Shown here: positions 27,415 through 37,538 of the stretch, in pieces
How the letters are laid out: each line of letters starts with the position of its first letter
How positions within the stretch are numbered: position 1 is the first letter of the stretch
NCBI GenBank assembly: GCA_028712705.1
Contig: JAQTPP010000003.1
Location: 64,052 to 128,051, forward strand
Reading direction: 5' to 3'
DNA: 64,000 bases
Source of the DNA: Candidatus Daviesbacteria bacterium
GTDB lineage: Bacteria > Patescibacteriota > Microgenomatia > Daviesbacterales > UBA10151
Notes under the pieces: model-generated
Seen by the model: the letters and a program-made list of their open reading frames with translations, nothing else
Told to the model about the DNA's origin: nothing
Database searches by the model: none
Translations under genes and position numbers: made by a program

Positions 27415-28329
27415 TTACAGCTTGCTGATAAGAACTTGTATGCTGTCCCAATTATGAATTGATATAGGAATAACCTCTTTCTTGCCTATCTTTTTAAGTT
27501 TAGTTTCTTTAAGGTCTGATTTTGTTAGCAAAACGATCTCTTTTTTATTTAAAAGCTCAGGATTAAATTTTTTAAGCTCCTCTCTGATAATTTTATAATC
27601 CCTAAAGGGATCATCTGACTCAGAAGAAATGCAGTGAAGTAAAAGACCAACTTTTTCTATATGTTTTAAGAATTTATACCCTAAGCCTCTGCCTTCTGAA
27701 GCCCCTTCTATTAAACCTGGTATATCTGCTAAGACCTTACCATTTAAAACTCCCAGGTTTGGCTCCAAGGTCGTAAAAGGATAATCACCAATTTTAGCAT
27801 TAGCATTTGTAATTTCATTTAAAAAAGAGCTTTTGCCTGCATTTGGAAGTCCAATTAAACCAAAGTCTGCAATTAATTTGAGTTTTAGCTTTAATCCTTT
27901 TTCTTGTCCCCTAAGTCCCTTTTGAGCATATTTTGGGGTTGTATTGCTTGGAGATTTAAAGGATTCATTTCCCCTTCCTCCTAAGCCCCCTTTTGCTAAT
28001 AGTATTTCTTGACCTTCCTGCGTTAATTCAATCTCAGCACCCTCTTCATCTGTTAAAAAAGTTCCAACAGGCATTGTTAAAATTAGATCTTTTCCATTTG
28101 CTCCTGATCTTATTCCAGTTCCTCCACCTTCCCCATCTTCAGCCTCACAAACTTTTTTGGAAAGAAACTGCTTTAAGGCATATATATCAGCTGTAGCCCT
28201 CACTAAAACATCCCCACCTCTACCTCCATCCCCTCCATCAGGCCCCCCACCTTTTTTACCCCTAAAGGAAACAAGCCCTGCTCCACCATGCCCTCCTCTT
28301 ATAATAATTTCTGCTTCATCTACTAACAT
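27415..28329 (-). CDS. obg: GTPase Obg/CgtA
   Basis: Gly-rich Obg fold N-terminus (GGHGGAGLVSFRGKKGGGPDGGDGGRGGDV) and G domain (GLPNAGKSSF). Confidence 0.85.
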   Translation of the reverse strand: MLVDEAEIIIRGGHGGAGLVSFRGKKGGGPDGGDGGRGGDVLVRATADIYALKQFLSKKVCEAEDGEGGGTGIRSGANGKDLILTMPVGTFLTDEEGAEIELTQEGQEILLAKGGLGGRGNESFKSPSNTTPKYAQKGLRGQEKGLKLKLKLIADFGLIGLPNAGKSSFLNEITNANAKIGDYPFTTLEPNLGVLNGKVLADIPGLIEGASEGRGLGYKFLKHIEKVGLLLHCISSESDDPFRDYKIIREELKKFNPELLNKKEIVLLTKSDLKETKLKKIGKKEVIPISIHNWDSIQVLISKL

Positions 28330-28492
28330 AACGTGTATTATAACGTGAAACGTTACAAGAAGTGCACGATGTAATCGTAAACGATTATATGCTATATGTA
28401 GGGGTTAGACGTATCATCTCACCTTTCTAAAATAATAAGGGATTTGGACATTAGAACTTCTGGTATACTATAATCAAATCGGGGTAAAGCAG

Positions 28493-29203
28493 ATGGTTGC
28501 AGAAGCAGAATCTGCCTCTTTAGAAACAATTTATTGGCTCAAAGATACTGGTGTTCATGCACCTGCTTCCACCATTTTACATGCAAATTTTATATCACTG
28601 GTAAAACCAGGGGATTTGTTTTTAGATATTGGTTGTGGTCACGGAAGAGTCACCCACCAACTTGATATTTTAGGTGCAAGGGCTGTCGCTTTTGACCCAA
28701 ATCTTCAAGAACTATTGACTGGTAAAGCAGAATTTCCAGAGTTGCCTTTTCTTCAGGCATACGGAGAGCATCAACCCTTTCCCCCTGATACTTTTGATGG
28801 AGCTGTGATGCTCGGTGTTTTAGGAGCGGTAAATAGAAACCAGAGAGAAGAAATATTAAATGAAACCATGAGAGTTTTAAAAGACGGAGGATTAATTTAT
28901 GTAGCTGAGTTTGCTTTAATTAACGATCCTTTTCAAAGGACACATTACGATAACCAGCGGTGGGTTGATGTTTATACAAGGGACAGCAATGTTATCGGAG
29001 AATATGGTAGTGTTGTTGTGCATAATACTCGTGACGGAGGAATATGGTTTATTGCGCATCATTTTAGAAGTGATGAACTATCTGATCTTTTGCAATACAG
29101 TGGAGTTAAAATTATGGCAAGTAAAAATGTAACGGTAGAAAGCCAAGTAAGTGGACAATTACGTGATACTTTTAATATTTGGGGATTAAAAGTTAAGTCT
29201 TAA
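28493..29203 (+). CDS. class I SAM-dependent methyltransferase
   Basis: 236 aa. LDIGCGHGRVT motif I; acidic residue after beta-2. Confidence 0.75.
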   Translation: MVAEAESASLETIYWLKDTGVHAPASTILHANFISLVKPGDLFLDIGCGHGRVTHQLDILGARAVAFDPNLQELLTGKAEFPELPFLQAYGEHQPFPPDTFDGAVMLGVLGAVNRNQREEILNETMRVLKDGGLIYVAEFALINDPFQRTHYDNQRWVDVYTRDSNVIGEYGSVVVHNTRDGGIWFIAHHFRSDELSDLLQYSGVKIMASKNVTVESQVSGQLRDTFNIWGLKVKS

Positions 29204-29288
29204 ACACTCATTAAAGAAGTTCTAACTTGGTTTAAGACCCGCAGTCTACTTTGTTAGGACTTTTTACTATACTTGCTATAATTTACTG

Positions 29289-29969
29289 ATGGAGACTCCT
29301 GAAATAGTATTTCCAACTCCAACAACCGGAAACCCGAGATTAGATATTGAGCTGGAAACCTGGGGTATTAAACTGGGATGTCCTGTAGAAGATATGAATT
29401 TGGCAAGAAGAGGTCACTCAACTTATCTGGAAGTATCCGGATTTCCTCATGTTTTTCACAGTCAATTGTTAGTTTTGACAGAGCGAGGTAAAGAGTTAGA
29501 ATTTATAACTTCAGCAATGATTATGATGGGGTATGGTACTGCTTTAGATGCAGATAATGAAAATTGGTATTTTTTGGAGACGGGCAAAAGAGTTTTAGAT
29601 ACAGTAAATGTATATGAACGCATTGCAAATCAAACAGGCTGGCCACCTGTGGATGCATTACTTGTGTGTAGAACTAGTTTAAAATCAGAATATCCCCCCC
29701 AAATTAGAACAATTTTTACAAGTAGAAATATTCCCTATATATTAGCTGATGATACGGTAACTATCTCTCGCTCCATTTTAAGAGAAGGAAGAATATCCGG
29801 GGTATATAGACCTATGGAGGGTTTTGAATTAATTATTGCCGATGCTAATTATTGGTTTGAGTCTACGCTTGATAGATGGAGAAATTATTGGTCATACAGA
29901 CTTAATGTTGAAGATGTTCGTACTATACCAGCATGGGCGAAACATCCAATCTGTATGGTTCATTCATAA
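29289..29969 (+). CDS. hypothetical protein
   Basis: 226-aa ORF immediately downstream of the methyltransferase; no motif recognised. Confidence 0.5.
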   Translation: METPEIVFPTPTTGNPRLDIELETWGIKLGCPVEDMNLARRGHSTYLEVSGFPHVFHSQLLVLTERGKELEFITSAMIMMGYGTALDADNENWYFLETGKRVLDTVNVYERIANQTGWPPVDALLVCRTSLKSEYPPQIRTIFTSRNIPYILADDTVTISRSILREGRISGVYRPMEGFELIIADANYWFESTLDRWRNYWSYRLNVEDVRTIPAWAKHPICMVHS

Positions 29970-31165
29970 CGCAAGGCATCTATAGGAAGCAGGTCGGCTG
30001 CTTTTCTTGCCGGGTATATACCAAATACAACCCCGACTAATGTCGATATGCCGACTGCCAAAAGTATCCAGGGCACACTAATTATGAAAGGGATACCGAA
30101 AGCAACAGATATCAGAAATGTGCCTCCAAGTCCCAATAAAATGCCGGCAAATCCACCAATCGTGGTCATCACTGCTGACTCAATCAGAAACTGAGTCAGG
30201 ATATCTTTGCGTTTGGCCCCGATTGCTTTCAGAAGACCTATCTCTTTTGTTCTCTCGGTAACAGACACAAGCATGATATTCATAACCCCCACTCCGCCGA
30301 CCAAAAGCGATATGGCAGAAATTCCGGTGATGAAGACGGTCAGTAAAGTAGTAATAGTTTCGAATGTGTCCAGAGCACCCTCAAAACTCTGTAAAACAAA
30401 ATCATTTTCTTCCATATCACTAATGTGTCGATGGTCTCTTAACGCCATCTCAACTTCATCCATAGTTTCATTGATAAGATCAATATTCCGGACACCGATA
30501 TCAATCTCCTGGATTTCATCGTTGCCGGTGATCTGGTTTTGCAATGTCCCAAGCGGAATATTAACTGCGGTGTTAAAGAAGCTTCCAAACAAGCTACCAC
30601 CGCTTTTTGAAACACCAATCACCACGAAGCGGATATCATCAATTTTTATGGATTCGCCTACCGGATTTGTATCTTTTCCAAACAAATCTTCCACTACATC
30701 CGAACCGAGAACAACCACACGATTATTGCTGTCATCCTCTGATAAGAATTCACCGTAGATTAAATCGGGTTTAAGCATTTCTTGTGCCTGAGGTGTCATC
30801 CCGTATACGCTCGTTCTCTTTGACTCTTCGTCGGCAGAAACGACCTTGCTCGTATAAGAAAAAGCAGCAATGTTTTCGATGTTTGGAATGTTGGCATCTT
30901 CGATTGCCTCTATATCTGCAGTTGTTAATGGTTCATCCCCCCCTGTTATCGCACTCATAAAATTGCTTCCGGGATTAATAGAGAAAAAATTAGTCCCAAA
31001 TGAGGTCAGCTCGTTGGAAATGAAAGCCACTGTCCCCTGCCCGACAGAGGAAATAAGTATCACCGCGGTAATACCTATAATGATACCCAGCATAGTTAAG
31101 GATGATCTGAGAGCGTTTATGCGTAAAGCCTGTATTGCGGATCGTAAGGTCTCTTTAAGTTCCAT
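29960..31165 (-). CDS. ABC transporter permease, FtsX/MacB family
   Basis: 401 aa. N-terminal TM, large periplasmic domain, 3 C-terminal TM helices. Confidence 0.8.
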   Translation of the reverse strand: MELKETLRSAIQALRINALRSSLTMLGIIIGITAVILISSVGQGTVAFISNELTSFGTNFFSINPGSNFMSAITGGDEPLTTADIEAIEDANIPNIENIAAFSYTSKVVSADEESKRTSVYGMTPQAQEMLKPDLIYGEFLSEDDSNNRVVVLGSDVVEDLFGKDTNPVGESIKIDDIRFVVIGVSKSGGSLFGSFFNTAVNIPLGTLQNQITGNDEIQEIDIGVRNIDLINETMDEVEMALRDHRHISDMEENDFVLQSFEGALDTFETITTLLTVFITGISAISLLVGGVGVMNIMLVSVTERTKEIGLLKAIGAKRKDILTQFLIESAVMTTIGGFAGILLGLGGTFLISVAFGIPFIISVPWILLAVGISTLVGVVFGIYPARKAADLLPIDALRYE

Positions 31166-31167
31166 GA

Positions 31168-31872
31168 TTATCTTTTATTATTAGTATCTGACACAATTTT
31201 GCCGTCAACTAATCTAATTCTTCTTTTTGCAAAACTTGCTATATCATCCTCATGAGTGATAATTACAATGGTATGACCTTCCTTATTTAAATTTGTTAAA
31301 ATATTCATAATTTCATGAGCAGTTTTGGTATCTAAATTCCCTGTAGGTTCATCTGCGAGTATAACTGAGGGTTCCATAATCAAAGCTCTGGCAATTGCTA
31401 CTCTTTGTATCTGACCCCCGGATATGTGATTGGACAGATTTTCCGCCTTTTCAGCTATACCCACAATATTCAATGCATTCATGACACGCTTTTTACGCTC
31501 ACTGGCCGGAATTTTTCCATAAAGCATTGGACGCTCAACATTTTTAAAAACTGTCATTCGAGGAAGTAAATTAAAAAACTGAAATACAAAACCGATTTCC
31601 TTATTTCTTATTTCCGCAAGATGATCTTCACTGAAACTTGCTATGTTTTTTCCTTTAAAGAACTGTTTCCCTTCTGTGACTCTGTCCAAAGCGCCTATGA
31701 TATGCATAAGAGAGGATTTACCGCTTCCCGAAGGGCCCATAATTGCTACGAATTCTCCTTCATTGATGTTTAAATCAATACCATTAAGAGCTTGGTAGAA
31801 GTCGTTTATTCCGATTGGGTATCTTTTAATAACTCCTTCCAGGCTAATAAGGGGTATATTATTTTTTATCAT
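31168..31872 (-). CDS. ABC transporter ATP-binding protein (MacB/LolD-type)
   Basis: Walker A GPSGSGKSS, signature LSGGQIQRVAIARAL, Walker B ILADEPTGNLD. Confidence 0.9.
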   Translation of the reverse strand: MIKNNIPLISLEGVIKRYPIGINDFYQALNGIDLNINEGEFVAIMGPSGSGKSSLMHIIGALDRVTEGKQFFKGKNIASFSEDHLAEIRNKEIGFVFQFFNLLPRMTVFKNVERPMLYGKIPASERKKRVMNALNIVGIAEKAENLSNHISGGQIQRVAIARALIMEPSVILADEPTGNLDTKTAHEIMNILTNLNKEGHTIVIITHEDDIASFAKRRIRLVDGKIVSDTNNKR

Positions 31873-31874
31873 TA

Positions 31875-33059
31875 TTAAAATCCTAAGAGGTTTTTTCTAC
31901 CGGTCTTCTCACTGGTAAGTGATACTACAATCTTCTGCCCTTCTGTAAGCCCCTCTATAATTTGTGTAAATTCTTTTCCCCGGAGGCCAGTCTTAACCGG
32001 TACAAACTCAAGCTTGCCACTACCACCTAACTTTCTGACGGCACGGCCTTTTTGATAAGGTTTTACTGCAGAGTTTGGCACAGCAAGCACGTCTGTCAGC
32101 TTATTCGTGACAATATCGACGTCCGCCGTCATCCCGGATTTAATCCTGTCATCCGAATCTGTTAGTATGATATATACGTTAAACTTAACAACACCTTGCG
32201 TTATGGTTCCATTATTATCAAACCTCTTGAGTGTACCTTTGTAAACCCTGTCATCTATCGCATCCAGTTTAATTTCAACTTCCTGACCGGTTTTTATCTT
32301 ATCGATGTCGCTTTCACCAACAGATACCGCTATTTCAGTTTCTCCTGGACCGCTAATTACCAGTACCGGCATGGTCGGAACAAGAACGTTATTTACAACC
32401 ACACTGCTCCCGCTAACCGCAGACAGGTTGGAAACCGTACCGGAAACCGGTGCTACAACTTTCGAATTTTGTGTTGCCTGGTACGCAACCTGGGCGGAAA
32501 GCAGCTTTGCACGCGCAGCTGTAAGCCCGTCATAAGCATTATCATTAGCCACCTCCGCAGTAGTCCGGGTCTCTTTTTGCAGGAAAGACTCATCCTTACT
32601 GTGATTCTTCACATCATCATGGACACGTTCTACTATAGCTAAAGCCTCACGGTGAGTATTCTCAGCTTGTTTGACAGCCGCTACCGCCGCCTCGTAAGCG
32701 GCATAGGCCGCAGTCTTCTCTTGCGAGGTCGCGGTACTTTTGACGGTAAACAGTACTTGATTTTCGTTAATACTTTCCCCGTTTGAAACAAAAACTTCAC
32801 CAATTACTCCACTGGTTGGAGAGTAAATATTTACACTGCCGTTTGTAGCAACGGTGCCTGATTCAGTCACAATTTCGGTTATTGTCCGTTTTTGGGCAGT
32901 GTCGAAAACATATCCGTCTTTTCTACCGGAAATGATTTTATAACCTGCAACAAAACCGACTATCAAAATCAGCAGAGTAATTATAGCTTTCTTCTTCCAT
33001 GAAGTTTTGAAAAACCAACCAACTATCCTCGGAATAAAATTCACTAATTTTTTCAACAT
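31875..33059 (-). CDS. efflux periplasmic adaptor (HlyD/MacA family)
   Basis: 394 aa. N-terminal TM anchor, coiled-coil, beta-barrel C-terminus. Directly upstream of the ABC pair. Confidence 0.75.
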   Translation of the reverse strand: MLKKLVNFIPRIVGWFFKTSWKKKAIITLLILIVGFVAGYKIISGRKDGYVFDTAQKRTITEIVTESGTVATNGSVNIYSPTSGVIGEVFVSNGESINENQVLFTVKSTATSQEKTAAYAAYEAAVAAVKQAENTHREALAIVERVHDDVKNHSKDESFLQKETRTTAEVANDNAYDGLTAARAKLLSAQVAYQATQNSKVVAPVSGTVSNLSAVSGSSVVVNNVLVPTMPVLVISGPGETEIAVSVGESDIDKIKTGQEVEIKLDAIDDRVYKGTLKRFDNNGTITQGVVKFNVYIILTDSDDRIKSGMTADVDIVTNKLTDVLAVPNSAVKPYQKGRAVRKLGGSGKLEFVPVKTGLRGKEFTQIIEGLTEGQKIVVSLTSEKTGRKNLLGF

Positions 33060-33254
33060 TTTCTTAATATTAATTATTTTCGCATTTCCGGCACTTTTTG
33101 TCTAATTTTTATAAACTTTATCTTTTATGACAGTAAATTTCGGAAATTCAATAATTAGTGTTACAAATACACACATTGCATGTTGCATCAATAAAATAAT
33201 ATCCTAAATTCTAAATGCTTGACGGGAGAAAATTAAAGTGAAATACTAAATATA

Positions 33255-33485
33255 ATGGTAAAAGAAAGAGCATTAAAAGTAATCTTAATTATCTCCTTGA
33301 TAGGAATTCTTTTTTCAGGCCTCCTTTCCTACCAGGAACTTTTTGTTGGTAGCTGTAATTTTTTGTTTGTCAGTTGTGGAGTGAATTCTAAGCCGATTGC
33401 AGGTTTGCCCGCTTGTGTTTATGGATTAGTAATGTATCTGGTTGTTTTCATCGTGAGTCTCCTAGGTTTACACAGTAAAAAATAA
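33255..33485 (+). CDS. small Cys-containing membrane protein
   Basis: 76-aa ORF with two TM helices and CNFLFVSC. Confidence 0.4.
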   Translation: MVKERALKVILIISLIGILFSGLLSYQELFVGSCNFLFVSCGVNSKPIAGLPACVYGLVMYLVVFIVSLLGLHSKK

Positions 33486-33499
33486 TTATTCTTAAGACT

Positions 33500-35137
33500 T
33501 TATTTTTTACAGGTTTTTACAGGATTAGTCTGGTATGCCCACAAAATTATTTTTCCTTCAAGGTCTTTATATTCTGAAACAAGCGTAAAGAAATGCTCAT
33601 TTGCTTGACTTTCTGATAATGTTCCTGCATCCCCCACTATAATTTGATCTATACAAGGATCTAAAGACCAGTTCAGCGGTTTTACAGCCACATTTTCAAC
33701 TACCCGGTATTTGTTAAAGTTGGTATTTGTATAATAACCCTTTAGCAAAATCGGATCAGTTTGCAGCTGCATCTTGAAAGGATCAAGTTTTTTGTAGAAA
33801 GCCATTAAAATGTATGGCGCATCATACATTTCAGAATCCAAAAGGAATTTTTTATCTTTCATTTGTTCGGTTTGTTGGGCAAATTTTAAATATGGTTGCC
33901 CAAAAGCAGATGATCTTTCTTTCTTAAACAGGATAAAGTATGAGGTATAGAACATAAAACAAGACAGCACAACAAGTAATACGCCAAGTCCCAACCTCAA
34001 AATTTTAAAATGTATCTTTTTAAGAATATAAAAAAGCCCAAAGGCGATTAAAATACTCACTCCCCAGAGCATTGGCAGCATTCTTAAGGTATAGAATGGG
34101 TCTCCTGTCAGTGCGGCAGGTAGCGCACCTAAAATAATACAAGCTAAAATCAGCCTGATAACCGGGTCGTTTTTGTTTTCCCAAATCTCTTTTATTCCCA
34201 GAAAAAAAGGTATGATCATCCAAATATAAAAAGTACTTAAGTTAGACATTGACCGAAAAAGCTGATTTTCCGGTTCAAAAAATAAACTTCGTGGAGAATA
34301 AGAAGAAATATACTGAGCAACAAATTTTCTAGTTATGTATAAATATCTTCCAGCTAATGGAATTTGCTTGAAGCCGGCTCCAAATTTTTCAAAAACTTCT
34401 TGTTGCATATATCCTTGCGTGCTGAATCGTTGTAAAGATCCGGAGGTGGTGGAAAGCAATAGTTGCGGTATTAAGATCAAAAGAAAAACCCCAACGCCCA
34501 AAAGTACGAATCTTTTGTAATTTCGTAAATATTTATTAAACCAAAGCAGAATAAAGGCCAAAAAAACGAAGACCAGTACTCTCTGGCCGTGATAGGCATA
34601 ACTGGATATAGCTAAAATTATGCAGGCCGGAACAAAGTAGATAATCTTTTTTTCTGACAAAAAGAATATATACAAACTGAGGATAAGTAATGTAAGAGCC
34701 AAATTTGCTTCAACGGCGACACGGCTTTGAAATATTGCCCAGGGAGAAAATCCCAAAACAACAATGGATAAAAAAGCAAGTTTTGTGCTGTTTTTAGTTT
34801 GCAATTTTTTTACAAAAAAGTAGGTTATCAAAATCAGTAAAATTCCCGACAGGGCGGAAACAAGCCGTACCGAAAATATATTTAGTCCAAAAATCAAAAT
34901 CGGGATGGTTGTTAGATATGTATAAAGAGGGGCCTGAAAAGTGGCAAAAGACCTAAAAAACAGCGGGAAGCTCTTTCCATACTCATCCTTGCCTGTTTCA
35001 ACGATCGAAAAAGCATTGTAGCCTATTGAGGCCTCGTCTACATACAGTCCTGCCGGCACTTGATCCAAAGCCGTTAACCTGACTAAAGCCGTCATTGCTA
35101 TAATAAGAGTAACTGCCATGATTTCTCTAAGTTTCAT
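33500..35137 (-). CDS. GT-C membrane glycosyltransferase (family 39 / ArnT-like)
   Basis: 545 aa. Loop-1 motif LDQVPAGLYVDEASIGYNAFSI...GKDEYG; many TM helices. Confidence 0.7.
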   Translation of the reverse strand: MKLREIMAVTLIIAMTALVRLTALDQVPAGLYVDEASIGYNAFSIVETGKDEYGKSFPLFFRSFATFQAPLYTYLTTIPILIFGLNIFSVRLVSALSGILLILITYFFVKKLQTKNSTKLAFLSIVVLGFSPWAIFQSRVAVEANLALTLLILSLYIFFLSEKKIIYFVPACIILAISSYAYHGQRVLVFVFLAFILLWFNKYLRNYKRFVLLGVGVFLLILIPQLLLSTTSGSLQRFSTQGYMQQEVFEKFGAGFKQIPLAGRYLYITRKFVAQYISSYSPRSLFFEPENQLFRSMSNLSTFYIWMIIPFFLGIKEIWENKNDPVIRLILACIILGALPAALTGDPFYTLRMLPMLWGVSILIAFGLFYILKKIHFKILRLGLGVLLVVLSCFMFYTSYFILFKKERSSAFGQPYLKFAQQTEQMKDKKFLLDSEMYDAPYILMAFYKKLDPFKMQLQTDPILLKGYYTNTNFNKYRVVENVAVKPLNWSLDPCIDQIIVGDAGTLSESQANEHFFTLVSEYKDLEGKIILWAYQTNPVKTCKK

Positions 35138-35813
35138 ATTTTTTCCTTACAAAATTTAAGAAATTTATTCCTCCCAGTACTATTATCAGACTAAGATAAG
35201 GAAATAAAAAAACCGGTCCTAATTTATAATATGGAGTTGCAAAACCGGATATGATTATTGCCATAATTAAATAGGCGCTTAATGTTTTGTATTTGCTCAA
35301 AGATAGAAAATGAGCAAATAGCCCCAGTAAAAAAACAGGCAACAGCAGCGGTGAATATTTCTCGAATTCATCAATACCTGATTTTTCTCTGGGGTGACTC
35401 ATAAAAAAATACAGATTTGGATCAATGCTATAAGAAATGTTTCTTGAATAGTTGGTAATCGGATAGTACCAATTGCTAAAAAACTGTAAACTGAATTTAT
35501 TGGTAAACAACTTCCCTAACCCCTCAGCGAAATAACCATGCCGTTTTAGAGCAATACTTACTTCAGTCGGATTTTTTTCTCTTAGCGATCTGTCAAAATT
35601 TCCCTGTAAAAAGTAAAAAGACCCTACGCAAAAAGTTAACAAAAGTACTAAAAAAGCAATCTTCCGTAAAGATTTTTCTGCGGCAAATGTTAAAGCAAAA
35701 AGAGATATTGTTATTATTATGAGAGTAATAGCCAAAAATAGATCTTGTTTAAGCAGTTGCCAAGTCCAGGAATTTAAAACGAGCGTCAAAAGGAGCAGCA
35801 ATGACCCGAACAT
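35127..35813 (-). CDS. integral membrane protein (possibly partner or N-terminal part of the adjacent GT-C enzyme)
   Basis: 228-aa multi-TM ORF overlapping the downstream gene by 11 nt. Confidence 0.5.
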   Translation of the reverse strand: MFGSLLLLLTLVLNSWTWQLLKQDLFLAITLIIITISLFALTFAAEKSLRKIAFLVLLLTFCVGSFYFLQGNFDRSLREKNPTEVSIALKRHGYFAEGLGKLFTNKFSLQFFSNWYYPITNYSRNISYSIDPNLYFFMSHPREKSGIDEFEKYSPLLLPVFLLGLFAHFLSLSKYKTLSAYLIMAIIISGFATPYYKLGPVFLFPYLSLIIVLGGINFLNFVRKKYET

Positions 35814-35819
35814 AGTATA

Positions 35820-36218
35820 TTACAAATGATCTTTCGTATCTGCAAGAGCTTCCTGTTTGGTTTTGTGAACAGTTTTATCCCGGTGCTCAGCTGGACTATA
35901 AATTGTATACAGCTTAAGTTTTTTATCCGCAGATGTATTGACAATATTGTGTTGTGTTCCTGCTGGCACCACAACTGCAAAACCATCTGAAATAGGATGT
36001 TCTTCTCCGTCTAAAATAGCTTTTCCTTCCCCTTCCTCAATTCTTAAAAACTGGTCCACAGTTTCATGCACTTCCATGCCAATTTCTTCACCGGGCAAAA
36101 GACTCATCACTACTAGTTGGCTGTGAGGAGCTGTAAATAAAACTTCACGAAAATAGTCATTCTGGAGCGTTTTTTCTTCAATATTGATGATATAACCTGC
36201 CATTTCTATCACCTCCAA
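35820..36218 (-). CDS. cupin-domain protein
   Basis: 132 aa. Two His-containing cupin motifs (GMEVHETVDQF; VVVPAGTQHNI). Confidence 0.7.
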   Translation of the reverse strand: MEVIEMAGYIINIEEKTLQNDYFREVLFTAPHSQLVVMSLLPGEEIGMEVHETVDQFLRIEEGEGKAILDGEEHPISDGFAVVVPAGTQHNIVNTSADKKLKLYTIYSPAEHRDKTVHKTKQEALADTKDHL

Positions 36219-36225
36219 GATACTA

Positions 36226-37518
36226 TTATAGCACTGTTTTCACTGCATCAACTAAAGTTTGATTGTTAAAATATAAAAGCAGTTTTTGTGGCCATGCCGG
36301 ATCTTTAATGCTGATATCCGGGTCTACTCCCCGGCCCTCAATCGGCTGATTATCATCCCTTAAAGTTACAGAATGAACCAAAAACAGCGAGTATTTTTCG
36401 CTCTGGCTAATTTGATTATCCAAAGGGAAAACCCGCTCCACTGTTCCCCATCCTTTAGTAGGAATTCCTACTACCACTCCCGCATGATATTTTTTCAAAG
36501 ACGCTGTTATCATCTCGGCAGAAGATTGTGAGTTTTGGTCCACCAGTATTACTACCTGTTTATATCGAGAAAGGCTGGCTAGCTTATCCGCAGCAGTCTT
36601 AAACGGCAGATATTCGCCTTTATGGTAAAAATCAAACGCGTACTGGCCTTTTCCCAGGAAAAAACCTAAAAAGTAGGCAGTGGCATCAATGGCTCCGCCG
36701 ATATTTTCCCTAAGGTCGAAAATTAAGGTGTTGAGCTGTTGGTCTTTATAACTGTCAAAAGCTTTTTGAAATTCCTCCAAAGAGGTGGGTGAGAATTTTT
36801 TAAATTGTACATATAAAGTACCCGGCGGGACAATTTTTGCAAAAATAGTAGGTTCTACCTGATTTTGATCATATCTTTGTTTGGTATCTTTTTGTGTTAA
36901 AGTGTCCTTGGCATAAGTAATTTTCTTTAAGTTTTCCTTTGCTTCGGGTGATTTATCATTAGCTAATTTGGTAGCTTCTGTTTGATAAGCCTGTTGCACC
37001 GCCGCCTCAGAGGCTCCTTTGGCTAACCTTAAATCTTTATATAAATCTTTTTCCGGATTAATATTGGAAATAGTATTTTTAAGCTGCGCTTCTTGTTTTT
37101 CGGTAAACAACCCTGATCTGCCCTGGGGGGTTAATGAATTTAAAACCACTCCGGCAACGGAGACCAGGAATTTATTTCTTTGATCCTCATCCATGCCTGA
37201 GATTGATTTATTGATAGTTTCCAGCAGTTTTTCTTTGTTTTCAAATTTGGCAACGCCGGTACTGCCGCCATTTTTGTCTATTGATAATCTAAAAAGATCC
37301 AGCAGTTCGCCGTCAGAAATATTATTCCAATAATTTTCTTTAATCTTGTCATAGATTTCGGAGATGAAGCGAGCTTCCTGCTTCGCAGTAAAAACCTTTG
37401 GGGTATTTTTTTCATTATTTTCGACATACCGGTATCCAACACCAACACCCAAAGCAAAAACCGCTAAAAGTATAATAAGAGTCTTTGGAAAGGACTTAGG
37501 AATCTTAAATTTCACCAT
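36226..37518 (-). CDS. S41-family (C-terminal processing) peptidase-like protein
   Basis: 430 aa. N-terminal TM, DLRENIGG, Ser motif DQNSQSSAE, Lys motif IPTKGWG. Confidence 0.6.
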   Translation of the reverse strand: MVKFKIPKSFPKTLIILLAVFALGVGVGYRYVENNEKNTPKVFTAKQEARFISEIYDKIKENYWNNISDGELLDLFRLSIDKNGGSTGVAKFENKEKLLETINKSISGMDEDQRNKFLVSVAGVVLNSLTPQGRSGLFTEKQEAQLKNTISNINPEKDLYKDLRLAKGASEAAVQQAYQTEATKLANDKSPEAKENLKKITYAKDTLTQKDTKQRYDQNQVEPTIFAKIVPPGTLYVQFKKFSPTSLEEFQKAFDSYKDQQLNTLIFDLRENIGGAIDATAYFLGFFLGKGQYAFDFYHKGEYLPFKTAADKLASLSRYKQVVILVDQNSQSSAEMITASLKKYHAGVVVGIPTKGWGTVERVFPLDNQISQSEKYSLFLVHSVTLRDDNQPIEGRGVDPDISIKDPAWPQKLLLYFNNQTLVDAVKTVL

Positions 37519-37538
37519 CTTAGTATATAATAAAACAA

